DNA of 63,157 bases, the filler included, from Octopus bimaculoides (lineage: Eukaryota): NCBI RefSeq assembly GCF_001194135.2. It is 4 parts of 4 records of this genome, joined end to end, with 100 filler letters (N's around TTAATTAATTAA, not from the genome) between each part and the next. Parts side by side here need not be neighbours in the genome. Positions count along the whole stretch, not along the records: positions 48,423 to 57,726 come from NC_068987.1; positions 57,827 to 63,157 come from NC_068990.1; 2 more parts are not named here. One strand, 5' to 3'. Positions 51,423-63,157 of this stretch are shown here, one piece after another. The notes under the pieces are model-generated. The model was not told the origin of the DNA. It searched no databases and worked only from the letters and a program-made list of their open reading frames with translations. A program made the translations under genes and the position numbers. How positions within the stretch are numbered: position 1 is the first letter of the stretch; every line of letters starts with the position of its first letter.

Positions 51423-53368
51423 TTATCTATCTATGCATGCATGCAGTAGAACTGAACCTGTAACAATATGATTGGGAAGCAAATTTTCATTAACAACACA
51501 GTGATTCCTGCATCTACACATATTGTTAAAATAGATAAAGGAGTGTTCAACATCACAACAGCCAGTAAAAAGAGAGGTTATCTGGTGCTATGATCTTAGA
51601 ATTTTGCTTTGTTGTCTCAAATTTCTAGATTGAAATCCAAGAGTTGACTTCACTTCTGAATCCAACGTAGGAATATTTGGGAATGGATCAACACATTAAG
51701 TACCAGCAAATGAGTGGTAGAAGTCATGGCTGATTGAGCAATCCAGGTAGCAACTGAAATGGCAACAGTACTCCAAATCCCAATGGGAATGCACAATGAC
51801 ACTCAACTCCCAAATGGTTATATCCACCTAGCTGTAAATAGATACCACAGAGAAAAAATAATTTACTGCTTAAACTAAGAGTTCAAACCCCACCCTACCT
51901 ACCATCAGAGTTTTCTGGGTGGGTCCTTCAATGACAGGCACTGCTAACCTAACTTACCCTAACAACACAATATAGAGATGAAATCTTAAGTCATATCCAA
52001 AAATCCTAATTAATTATAGAATTTACTCCCTACAGTGAAAATTAGCTGAGAAAGTTTAGGGAAATAATGGACAGATCACTGCTGTAGAGTAATTAAGTAA
52101 TGAATATGTAGTGTAGTTAAATAGTTGTGTAATTAAATAGTTCACTTTGCAACCATGTGGTTCCAGATTTCAAATTACAACACAGATCCCTAGAAGTGAC
52201 TTCTGCCATAGTTTCGGTTTGACTGATATTTTGTGAATGGAATTTAATAAACAAATACTTGTAGTAGATTTGAACTGAAGACCTATGCTTACTTATGCAC
52301 AAAAAGATATCCACTTGGCAAATTTATTTCTACAATAGATGAAACTGAAGTTATTGTAGTGCAACCTCAAGCAGACCATGATCAAGCAGACTATGATCAA
52401 AGGCAATCCAGTCATGCCAATTCTGTCTTTTCTTTTTTATTTGTAGCTAATAAGTATTTCCTGTCTATGCTATCTAATGTAACCTTCTTGTTTCCCTTTC
52501 ATTCTTTAAGACAGGGGAGGGCCTCCATTGGTCAATACTATATGTATGTGTAGACCTGGACAAGAATTTTTGGGAGAGATTGGCAGTTCCCTATGCTTGA
52601 AAGTCTCTGTCTCTCTACATCACCAATGCTTATCCAAAAGAAAGATTATCAATACTGGAGAGATTACTGGAGAACACAAAGATCTGGAATAAATAGCAGA
52701 ATCCTTTAAAAGTTCTGGTCATTCCATCACTTGAAGTAGTAGTTTTCTAATTATCCTCAAAAAGATAAAGAGCAAAATTGACTTCAGTGAGATTAGAACT
52801 TGAAGTGTAAAGATTTAGAACAAATACTATGAGGCATCCTATTCAATGATCTAGCATAGTTTTAAGACAGCAGGGTATGATTTGAAGGATATTTGGCTGA
52901 TATTTCTAGCAGGTGAGTGACTACACAGAAATATTCGTGTTGGCTCAACAGTAGCTGATGTAAAAGATTTAGATGAAAATAAACCAAAATAAGATGAAGT
53001 GAACTTAAATTTGACCATTTATTCTCATTGATATTTTCATGTTGCCAATTTTCTAGTTAAACAAAGTCTGGTAATTATTTCCATGCTTTCTTTTGACTGA
53101 AAATTTGACCTCATAGTAATGCAAAAACGGGTTATTTTTTCCTGGCAAAATAATGAAGAAAGCACCACAAGTGAAAATTATAAACTAGCCATGGACATTA
53201 GCAAAGACATATTAAATGTTTGACAAGGAGGAGCTTGTCTTTTTTCCTAAAGAAGGTAGCACTCAGAAATGGTATAGACTGGAAATACTATCAATTAAAC
53301 CTGCATGCTATCACAGCAAACACAGAACTGTTTTTATCAACGTAGAAAACATACACATGAGCACATGT

Positions 53369-53401
<33 letters not shown>

Positions 53402-53544
53402 AATCAAATTTGACCTATTTCCCAAAGATTTTACTTGGTGACATTCCAACATAAATAGTTAGCCATTTTATTATTGTCACTTGTTTTTGCACCATTGTAG
53501 TTATGAAAAAATGCAATGCATGCACTCATCCATCCGTCTGTTTG

Positions 53545-53579
<35 letters not shown>

Positions 53580-53583
53580 ATAC

Positions 53584-53616
<33 letters not shown>

Positions 53617-53640
53617 AATATAAATATATACACAAATCTA

Positions 53641-54173
53641 AGGCCTCAGCCAGTCCACTTATGCGTACCTTCCTTCCTTCATTGGACACTAAACTCCACT
53701 TGCGAAGACCTGTTGAGGCAAGTGAAATCGAACTAAATTCGACGACTGGCACCCATGCCAACGTCGTCTCCCTCATTGGACACGAAACTCAGCTTGCGAA
53801 GACTTGTTGGGACAAGCGAAAGTGAAATTGTGATGGCACCTATGCCCAGCATCGCCTTTCTGGCACTTGTGCCCGCGGCATGTGTAAGGACTTTCGAGCG
53901 AGATCGTTGCCAGTGCCCCTGGACAGGCTCTTGTGCGGGTGGCACATAAAATACACCATTTTGAGTGTGGCCGTTGCCAGTACCGCTTGACTGGCCTTCG
54001 TGCGGGTGGCACGTAAAAGCACCCATTACACTCTCTGAGTGGTTGGCATTAGGAAGGGCATCCAGCTGTAGAAACTCTGCCAAATCAGATTGGTGCCTGG
54101 TGTAGCCATCTGGTTTCACCAGTCCTCAGTCAAATCGTCCAACCCATGCTAGCATGGAAAGCAGATGTTAAAC

Positions 54174-54210
<37 letters not shown>
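53641..54210 (+). mobile_element. Family E element, longest copy (duplicated 5' modules, RTE-type 3' tail, (GAT)n)
   Basis: 3' GGTTGGCATTAGGAAGGGCATCCAGCTGTAGAAAC is shared with 25042, 32035, 37015 and 58340; two ~55-bp related 5' modules. Confidence 0.8.
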
Positions 54211-54212
<2 letters not shown>

Positions 54213-54655
54213 ATTTATATATATAAAGGAAAAGAGGCAGTGAGAATTTTGGATAATTCTTTATTAGTGCTTTCATTCACTTAACCAAATTCTTCAAGAA
54301 AAATTGAACCAAAATAATAGAAACAATGTTTTATCGTTCTTTTTTATATGAATCCAAGAACAGATGTTTTTTGTTTTGTTTAGAAGAGGAGAAAATTTTG
54401 TTTTTTGGAGAAAGGGAGAAAGAGAAAGGGAGAAAGAGAAGGAGAATAGGTAGCAGGACAATTGAGAAAGAGAAAGAAAAAGGATATCCAGAGAGGGAGA
54501 GGTTTCTTTTCAATTATATTTGAAAAAAAAAAGATAGACAGAAAGAGGTTTCTTTTCAATTATAATTGAAAAAAACCTCTCTCTCTCTGTCTATCATTTT
54601 CCTCCTCTTTGCTTTTCTCTCTCTTTCTCTTTCTCAATTGTCCTACTCCCTATCT

Positions 54656-57400
54656 TCATGGGTCAAAGGGGCATGCAACATCAACAACATAGCAAATGTG
54701 GTGCACCTTGTCCACCACCACTAGGTCCGGTCTGTTATGCTCTAGCACCTGTTCTGTTTGGATCAAGAAGTCCCAGATTTTGCTGGTCTCTGACTCCACT
54801 CTGCTTTGTGATTTGTTCTCATACCATGTCTTGCCTCTCTCTAGCTCCCACTTTTTGCACAGTTTCCAATGTAGCATTTTCACTACCTGATTGTGTTGCC
54901 ACAACTTGTTTTGGGCAAGTCTAGGGCATTTGTTCATGATATGGGCAATGGTTTCATCCACTCTATTGCAGACACAGAACAGAGGAGACACTTGATCATT
55001 CCTAACATTGAAATGTGTTTGATTCTATCTGTCTCAAGTATTCCCAAGCATTTATAACTGGAATGAGGTTGAATTGCCTTCATCATTTCACCATTTGACA
55101 ACTATATGCCTTCTGTTCTGAAAAGCTTTCCTCGTCTCATCACCATCATAGCACATTTTCAGAATCCAAACTCCATCTTAATATCACTGGAGAAAATCCA
55201 CAGACTGGACTAGGCTGTCCAGTTCTTGTGAGAGGCTTCAGGTCATCCATGAATAGCAAGTGGTTCGGTTTTCTCTTACCTCTTCCCAGATCATACCCCA
55301 ATTTTGTTTTCTGTAGTATTTCACTCAGGGAGATCACTCCCAGCATGAAGATCAGTGGGAACACACTGTTTCCCTGGAAGATACCTCTCTTGATTTTCAC
55401 CTCTCCTAACACTTGCTGTCAATTTCGTTCTCCAACATTTCATGCTACTCCATGTAAGGCTTCTCATATTTTCTGCTACTCTATACATTTCCATTGTTTT
55501 TATTATCCAGGAGTGTAGTATCATATTGTATGCTTTACAATAGTCAACCCATGCAATGCTCAGGTTTGTGTGTCTCCTCTTGCAGTTCCTGATAATTAGA
55601 TTATCAATTAAGAGCTGATCCTTTGTTCCCCACCTCGTCTTTGGGCACCCTTTCAGTTCAATAGGTAGCAGCCTACTGTTTGTCAGGTATCTATACAATT
55701 CACCAGCCAAAGCACCTGACATTAGTTTCCACATTAGTAGAAGGCATGTTGTTGGTCTAAAGTTGGATGCAGCATTTCCCTTTTCAGGATCCTTGGCACA
55801 CAACAATGTCTTTCCCTTTGTCATCCAGCTGGGTACTGTGCCTTTCTGCAAGCACTCATCTAGCTGTTGCACTATCCTTTCAAGGAGCTCTCTCAGCTTC
55901 TTCATCCAATAACCTTGGACTCCATCCAGTCCTGGGCTCTTCCAGTTTGGAAACTTTTTTAACTGCTTTTTGATCATTTCTCTAGTTATCTTCTTGGCCT
56001 TCTATATTTTTTAACCTATCTTGGATTTCATGCAGCCACTTTGCTTCATCATTACAGGTTGGTTCCAGATCCCTCTCCAGAATGCCCTGCTTTCCTCTGC
56101 ATCTGGTATCATTGTTAGGTGTAACTGCCCATCTAGTTCCTGAAACAGTTTCTTCTGATTGGCTTCAAACAATCCATTTTGCCTGAATTGTTTTGTTCGA
56201 TTGTCATATCTTTCCAGTTTTGCTTTGATTGTTACTACTCTTTGTTTCAATTCTTCCAATATCACATCATACCCTTTATTTCTTATTCTATATGTTCTTT
56301 CCAGCATTATTCTTATGATTTCATTCTGCAATTCCTCTCTACTCAATCTATCAACTTGTCCTAAATGTCTTTTTAACTTTGTTTCTCACAAATTTGTCTA
56401 CGCCAGAACAGTTCTTTATGTTCTGTTTGTTCTTTTCTTTTGTATCCAACTCTATCTGCAGCAACCAGAGCTGCAGCTCAAATAATCTTGTTTGTTTCAG
56501 TTATATTTCTCATCTAGAATAACCCAAGGACTGAATCTATCTTTTCAGTTTCAACTTTGAGCTTGCATCGATCAATGTACCTCAAATTGGGCGGCGGGTG
56601 CTTGATCCTGGTCTTCCCTAATATATTGGCTCAGCATCTTCACTATATCTTGTTGGTTATCAACATATTCTTGTGCTATAGGTCTTCCTATTACTTCTGC
56701 TTCATTTGCTGAGAATGCATTTACATTTACACTTTGCTCTATGTCTTTACTGCCACCATTCATTTTTCTGCTCTCACTGGGCAATTTATCTGTTGGTGAA
56801 GTATTATTTCTATTTTTTACTTTCCTTTTTATCTCTTCAATTTCTCTGTCTGTTAACCACCCTTTTGTTCTTATTGCTCTTGCCTGGTCAGCTAACCATT
56901 GCTCACTTATATCAAAGAGTCCTATTTCATTCCATTTTGCTTTCATTTGTTGTCAGAATCTCCTTCTACTGAGTTCAGTCTTGATCCAGCATTCAATTAC
57001 CATTCAGTTTGCCTCCTTACCCCACCTTCTTCTATGTTTCTGGCTTTGTATACAAGCAGTCTCTGGATGACAACTGGGCCGGTACTGCTCAACCACAGGG
57101 CACCTTCCAGGTGAAAGGCTTTTACCTTTGGTTCCAGCCTCATTAACAGTATTATTTGATACATTTGTATTAGACATTTCCACTCAACAATGAGGTTTGT
57201 GTTTTAAGGTTAGCCACCAACCAGTATTTTCATCGAGAAAACCAACTCTAGTAAGATTGTCAATCAAGACTTCAGAGCTCTTACTACCCATAAGTTATGC
57301 TTCACTAGGAGACAGATGAGTGTCAGTTAGTCACGTATCTTCATCCAAATATTGCTCTGGAATTAAGTCCCAATTCACAGTTCATTTGTCTTCATCCCTG
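54656..57400 (-). mobile_element. Decayed R4/Dong non-LTR retrotransposon (RT, zinc knuckle, restriction-like endonuclease); internally deleted and 3' truncated
   Basis: [74 protein letters not shown]...ETIAHIMNKC, NRPDLVVVDK..CYVVDVACPFD. Confidence 0.92.
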
Positions 57401-57402
57401 TC

Positions 57403-57726
57403 ATTATTATTATTATTATTCAGTAGTTTTATTTTTATCATGTGCTTTCATTGCATTACTGAGTGCAGCTCTGTGCGCCTTGGGTATGTGCTGTGGTTTG
57501 CTGTGGTGCTCTTATGTTTACTGTATTGAAAGTGTTTTGCGTAGAATGTGTGCAGTACCCAGTAGTGCAATTTTCTGTATGTTATATATATTTGTAAGTC
57601 CTGGTGTTTTTGTTATGTATTTGTCTGAATATTTTTTTATTATACCTAAGGCACCTACTATGATAGGAATTGTTTCTGTTTTTAGACTCCACATTCGAGT
57701 TATCTCTATTTCCAGGTCTTTGTATT
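57403..57726 (-). mobile_element. 3' end of a second, frame-intact R4/Dong element with 3'UTR and (TAA)6 tail
   Basis: YKDLEIEITRMWSLKTETIPIIVGALGIIKK...IQKIALLGTAHILRKTLSIQ* (stop at 57518-57520). Confidence 0.88.
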
Positions 57727-57826
57727 NNNNNNNNNNNNNNNNNNNNNNNNNNNNNNNNNNNNNNNNNNNNTTAATTAATTAANNNNNNNNNNNNNNNNNN
57801 NNNNNNNNNNNNNNNNNNNNNNNNNN
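57727..57826. other. Synthetic scaffold spacer 44N-TTAATTAATTAA-44N
   Basis: Same 100-bp construct. Confidence 0.9.
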
Positions 57827-57870
<44 letters not shown>

Positions 57871-58339
57871 ACACACACACGTATAAATGAAAGACCAAAT
57901 CTCATATGAGTTTGACAAGTAATAATGATAATAAAGTTCTGTGAAGGGCATTGGCTTTACCAGTAGTAAGTGAGCAAAGACAGCAAAATGAAAAAAGAAG
58001 CTTAGGATCCAAGAACATTCACATTCACTCACTGAGATAAAGATATCTATCAACTACAAAGTTCAAAAAGGAGCATCAAAATGAGCTTTGAATGAATATT
58101 TCATATAAGGGCACAATAATGTTACACAATAAATGTATTACAGTCATCTCTTTTTCTCTCCGCTAGTTTCAACAAATATTCTACACTCAAGGTCATCTTA
58201 GCAGCATTTTAGGCCTTCAGTCATCAGGCAAATCAGTACACTGAGTCCTATAGTATTTATTTATATAGGGAGCCAGTGGAAGAGGTAGACTCAGGAAGTT
58301 GTGGGATGAAGTGATGAAATATGATCTTCGGATATTGAA

Positions 58340-58582
58340 TCTCATGGCGGCAATGACAAGCAACTGAGACTGTTGGTGATTTGCTGTACCTGAGTAGACA
58401 TAGCAAGCTGGTAACATATAAAAGGCACCTGGTACAGCCTGTGGAGTGGTTGATGTTAGGAAGGCCATCCAACTGTAGAAACCAAGCTAAAACAAACTGA
58501 AACCTGGTGCAGATCTCTGACTTACCATTTCCAGTCAAACCGTCTAACCCATGCTGGCATGGAAAATGAATGATGATGATTG
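58340..58582 (+). mobile_element. Family E fragment
   Basis: GGTTGATGTTAGGAAGGCCATCCAACTGTAGAAACC...CCCATGCTGGCATGGAAA(TGA)n. Confidence 0.75.
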
Positions 58583-58906
58583 ACAGCAGCCAAAGCATAC
58601 ATAGATTAGAATTGAGTCCTTAGGTCTGTCAGGCCCATGGGAAATTGGTCAATATGCAAACACCTTAAGACAGCACTATCTGTATTCATCTTACTACATC
58701 TCACTCCCCTGCAAAATCTAATCATATTATTTATTAACAATTTATAACTATAATTCAAGATGTATCATAATATTCTATAACATTGATTATTAATCATATA
58801 CATTATTAATAGAATATAATATTAATAAAAAGAAAATAATTTACTTGATTTATTTATTAAAATGGAAACAAAATGGCCACTAAGAATCAAAGATAAGAAT
58901 ACCTAC

Positions 58907-59123
58907 TTCTGTAGCTGCTGTTCCAGGAACAGATGATTCGTCATAAACCCAAGAATTGCATGGGACCTCTTCAAAAGGATTTTCCAACACAGATAGCTCT
59001 GAATTGTTCCATTTATAAACCATACAATGAGGATTATTTTTTGGAATGTAATGTTCAACATACTCCGATTGGACTGCACTATGGATTTGAAAAGTGTCAT
59101 TCTTCCAACCTGGAATAGCACAC
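58907..59123 (-). CDS. Internal exon of an SLC22 / organic cation transporter-like gene (large extracellular loop 1)
   Basis: Acceptor taatttgtag, donor GAA|gtaggt, 217 nt. R|CAIPGWKNDTF...C...C.SWVYDES..GTAATE matches the SLC22 loop that ends WxYD...TE before the F/WxLVC exon. Confidence 0.85.
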
Positions 59124-59428
59124 CTACAAATTATTGGAAAAGAGACAGAAATTATATAAAGTTCGATGACTTGAGATTTTTCTTTGTAGTTCAAAGTGTA
59201 GTAAATGGCACATAATTCCCAAAGTAGAGGCTACATATCAAAGTACGCAATAGAAGTAGTTCTTGAGTAAAAACTTTATCAATATAGCAAGCTCAAATAT
59301 GTGTCATTGAAAAGTCAGAAGTTGCAGATATTTGTTTGGGAAAAATCCCTTCTATAAAGCGATTTTTCTGGCTTTTCAATGACACACACACATTAAGTAT
59401 CTATCTTTAAAATTTTTATCATTAAGTA

Positions 59429-59803
59429 TTTTACTTGTTTCAATCATTAGACAGCGCTCATGCTAGGACTACACTTTGAAGAATTTTTAGTTGAATGAAA
59501 AGACCCCAGTACTTAATTTTTTTGCTAAACCTGGTACTTATTTTATTAGTCTCGTTTGTCAACACTAGTTGTCAAGTGGTGATGGGGGGGAGGGACAAAC
59601 AAAGACACAAGGACACACACATAGATATATAAACATATACAGCAGGCTTCTTTCAGTTTCCATCTACCAAATCCACTCACAAGGGTTTGGTCAGCCCAAA
59701 GCTATAGCAAAAGACACGTGCCCAAGGTGGCATGCAGTGAGATTGAACCTGGAACTATGTGGTTAGGAAGCAAACTTCTTACTGCACAGTCACACTTGTG
59801 CCT
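59429..59803 (-). mobile_element. SINE family D
   Basis: Family D motifs; another copy starts at ~60945 (+) and runs into a gap. Confidence 0.8.
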
Positions 59804-60086
59804 ATTTATGTTATATAGATAAAGCTAAATATTATTTGGTTTGTTGGCTAACACTATTTCTTAGGCATGGTTGTGTGGTTAAGAAGTTTGTTCCAAAACT
59901 TTCTGGTCACTGATTCAATCCTTTTCTGCAGTACATTGGGTAAATGTCTTCTACTATTGTCTTGGCTTGACTAGGGCCTTGTGAGTGAAATTGGTAGAAA
60001 GAAACTGCTTAGAAGCTCATTGTATGTGTGTGTTCAGTTGTCAAGCAGTGAGGTGGGGACAAACACACACACACACATATACATAC

Positions 60087-60124
<38 letters not shown>

Positions 60125-60126
60125 GG

Positions 60127-60810
60127 GCTATATTAAATCTCTGAGTGAGATGTAAATAGTAGCAATATGGAATCATAACATACAGTTGCCAACCAAGTGT
60201 GGCGTCCTATACAGGGCAGTGCTACTGACGTTTATAGCCCCAGGAAGATATCTCTTCCAGCTGGCTAACAACACACATTCTGTGTCCGATTAGTATTTGC
60301 GAAGGGATGTCATCACGCCCATTCCTAGCCTTACATGATACACACAGACTCAAGTTTCTGGATGGTTACCCGTCTCCAGCATGTGTTAATCACCAGCTAG
60401 TGATGAAAAATCACCCCACTTGCAAAATACTATATGCTTTTTCCAGCGACAAACCATTGCTGATCTCAAAAAAAAGGAGAAAGAAGCTATATTAAATCTC
60501 TGAGCGAGATGTAAACAGTAGCAATACAGAATTTAACAAATAATTGCCAACCAAGTGTAAAAAAAAGCATATAGTATTTTGTGAGTTGGGTGAGTTTCCA
60601 CCACTAGCTAGTGATTAACACATGCTGAGGACAGGTAACCAGCCAGAAACTCAAGTCCGTGTGTATCACATAATGCTAGGGATTGGAGCAATGACCTCCC
60701 CTTCCAAATACTAATCAGGCACAGAATGTGTGTTTTTAGCCAGCTGGAAGAGATGTTTTCCTGAGACTATAAACATCAATAGCACTATCCCGTATAGGAC
60801 GCCTCACTTG
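60127..60810. repeat. Compound repeat: ~250-bp inverted repeat plus ~73-bp direct repeat
   Basis: 60194-60442 is the reverse complement of 60562-60810 (diverged); 60127-60200 is repeated at 60486-60558. Confidence 0.85.
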
Positions 60811-61611
60811 ACTGAGCGTTAAACTAATACACTGGTTTCTGTCTTTTGTTTTTTTGCAAATTCCAACTATGTGTGTGTGTGTGTGTGAGTCTTGTGATAA
60901 GATAAAGTTTTGTGAATTCCATTTCCTTTCAATATTTTACATACAGGTGTAAACATGGCTGTGTGGTAAGAAGCTTGCTTCCTGACCACATGATTCTGGG
61001 TTCAGTCCCACTGCGTGTCATCTTGGGCAAGTGTCTTCTACTATAGCCTTGGGCCAACCAAATCCTTGTGAGTGGATTTGGTAGACAGAAACTGAAAGAA
61101 GCCCATCGTGTATATATATATATATNNNNNNNNNNNNNNNNNNNNNNNNNNNNNNNNNNNNNNNNNNNNNNNNNNNNNNNNNNNNNNNNNNNNNNNNNNN
61201 NNNNNNNNNNNNNNNNNNNNNNNNNNNNNNNNNNNNNNNNNNNNNNNNNNNNNNNNNNNNNNNNNNNNNNNNNNNNNNNNNNNNNNNNNNNNNNNNNNNN
61301 NNNNNNNNNNNNNNNNNNNNNNNNNNNNNNNNNNNNNNNNNNNNNNNNNNNNNNNNNNNNNNNNNNNNNNNNNNNNNNNNNNNNNNNNNNNNNNNNNNNN
61401 NNNNNNNNNNNNNNNNNNNNNNNNNNNNNNNNNNNNNNNNNNNNNNNNNNNNNNNNNNNNNNNNNNNNNNNNNNNNNNNNNNNNNNNNNNNNNNNNNNNN
61501 NNNNNNNNNNNNNNNNNNNNNNNNNNNNNNNNNNNNNNNNNNNNNNNNNNNNNNNNNNNNNNNNNNNNNNNNNNNNNNNNNNNNNNNNNNNNNNNNNNNN
61601 NNNNNNNNNNN

Positions 61612-62560
61612 TAAATACAATTTAAATGAAGTTTAAGGTTAAAATAATAATAAAGATAATATTAGTACATATTTAACCAGTGTAATAGTTAAAGCTAGAC
61701 TATTTAAAACTAAAAACATTTATTTAATTATCATTAAAAATCAATTGAATAATAGAAAAATACAAGAATATTTATTTCTACAAACGTAGAAATAAAAATA
61801 AAAATATGAATGAAAAAATTATGAATGAAGAAATTAAGAATGAAAAAAATTATTATGAATGAAAGATTAAACTTTATATATCCTAAGTTTTAATTTAAAA
61901 AAAAAACCTTTAACGATATTATAAACAATAAAGACTAATTATTAATCAAATATTATTAATCAAAAATAATCGAAAATATATCAACACTGTTCAAATCAAA
62001 GTCTCATACTATGTTGAAATGATACTCTAACTTCTAAATAATTTAGTGTTAAATAAGTTATCTATTAAAAATAATATTTAAAAAAACCAAATGAATAATA
62101 TAAAAAACAAGAATACATATTATTTTCAAATAGTACAAAAACATTTAGCAAAGTAAAAACAGAACTTATCCATATTCTTCCGTAATTCAAATTGAAACTA
62201 AGACGTTAACTAATACCTATAGCGTTTTTTTAGCAAGAGGTCACGCGAAAATACTATGTTAAAATAGAGAATAGAATACAAAAACATGAATGAAAGAATA
62301 ATACTTAAAATAATGAATGAAAGATTTAAACTTTATATAAACAACAACATAAAAAAGCCACAGCTATCTTATAAAACATATTAATGAATTTTAAATTCTA
62401 ATATATAATAAATTAATAATAAGACTAAGAGTCGTAAATTAAATAATATTATGAAATAAGCTAAAATACTACTATTGATTTAATCTTATAAAAATAGTAG
62501 TGTCATTACAATAAAAATCCTTAAACTCACTAAAATATTAACCTACCAATAAAAATAAAA
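61612..62560. repeat. Extremely A-rich block with a diverged internal duplication (~460-bp period)
   Basis: AATGAAAGATT(T)AAACTTTATATA near 61858 and 62317, with other shared motifs such as AATAAAGACTAA. Confidence 0.5.
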
Positions 62561-62643
62561 TATAACTACTAGAATAAGTAAAGAAGAAATATCATAAATA
62601 AATACACACCAACACACGCCCTCATACATACATACATACATAC

Positions 62644-62733
<90 letters not shown>

Positions 62734-63157
62734 GCTTACATACATATACAAATATACATACATATATATATTTAACATATAAACATATATACATACAAAT
62801 ATACACAAGAATATACATATATACACACAACATACACACATATACACATAAACACTAATATATACATATACATAAATAGATACATACATACACATATATA
62901 CATAAATACACACATATATATACATACATAATAACACATATAGACTAAAACATACACACTTACATATATATATATATATACATAAACATATATACACATA
63001 CCCACATGTACCTACATAAACATACATATATATACAAATACACTCATACACTCATATATATAAAGAAGGAATAGTATATACAAATATACACTCACACTCA
63101 CCTCACACACTCCCAAATATATACATATTATATAGATACACATATACATACATATAT

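Overview
AT-rich eukaryotic DNA, almost certainly Octopus (inference from the peptide and repeat content). It is dominated by microsatellites, tRNA-derived SINEs and decayed retroelements, and has many N gaps. Three gaps are synthetic 44N-TTAATTAATTAA-44N joins, so adjacency across about 19.8, 48.4 and 57.8 kb is not guaranteed. Gene content I can support, all on the minus strand: (1) two coding exons of the small cardioactive peptide precursor, 7858-8041 (SNGYLALPRQ-GR plus a six-Cys C-terminal domain) and 4787-4797 (D-A-Y-stop); the signal-peptide exon was not found. (2) An intronless 550-aa orphan ORF (1366-3018), largely disordered-looking, with three clustered TQT (LC8/dynein light chain-type) anchors and a KRVRF PP1-docking motif. 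(3) One isolated SLC22-type transporter exon (58907-59123). Mobile DNA includes five recurring SINE or SINE-like families (labelled A-E here), a decayed Penelope-like element, R4/Dong non-LTR elements, an internally deleted Chapaev-like transposon and Penelope-type hammerhead ribozyme remnants. Most worth follow-up: the orphan ORF, the near-intact hammerhead at 20741, a ~76-bp two-unit tandem array at 23.6-24.5 kb, and several long fold-back palindromes and inverted SINE pairs that could form dsRNA. Nearly all other ORFs in the track are microsatellite or N-run artefacts. Repeat boundaries are read by eye and approximate unless a TSD is given.
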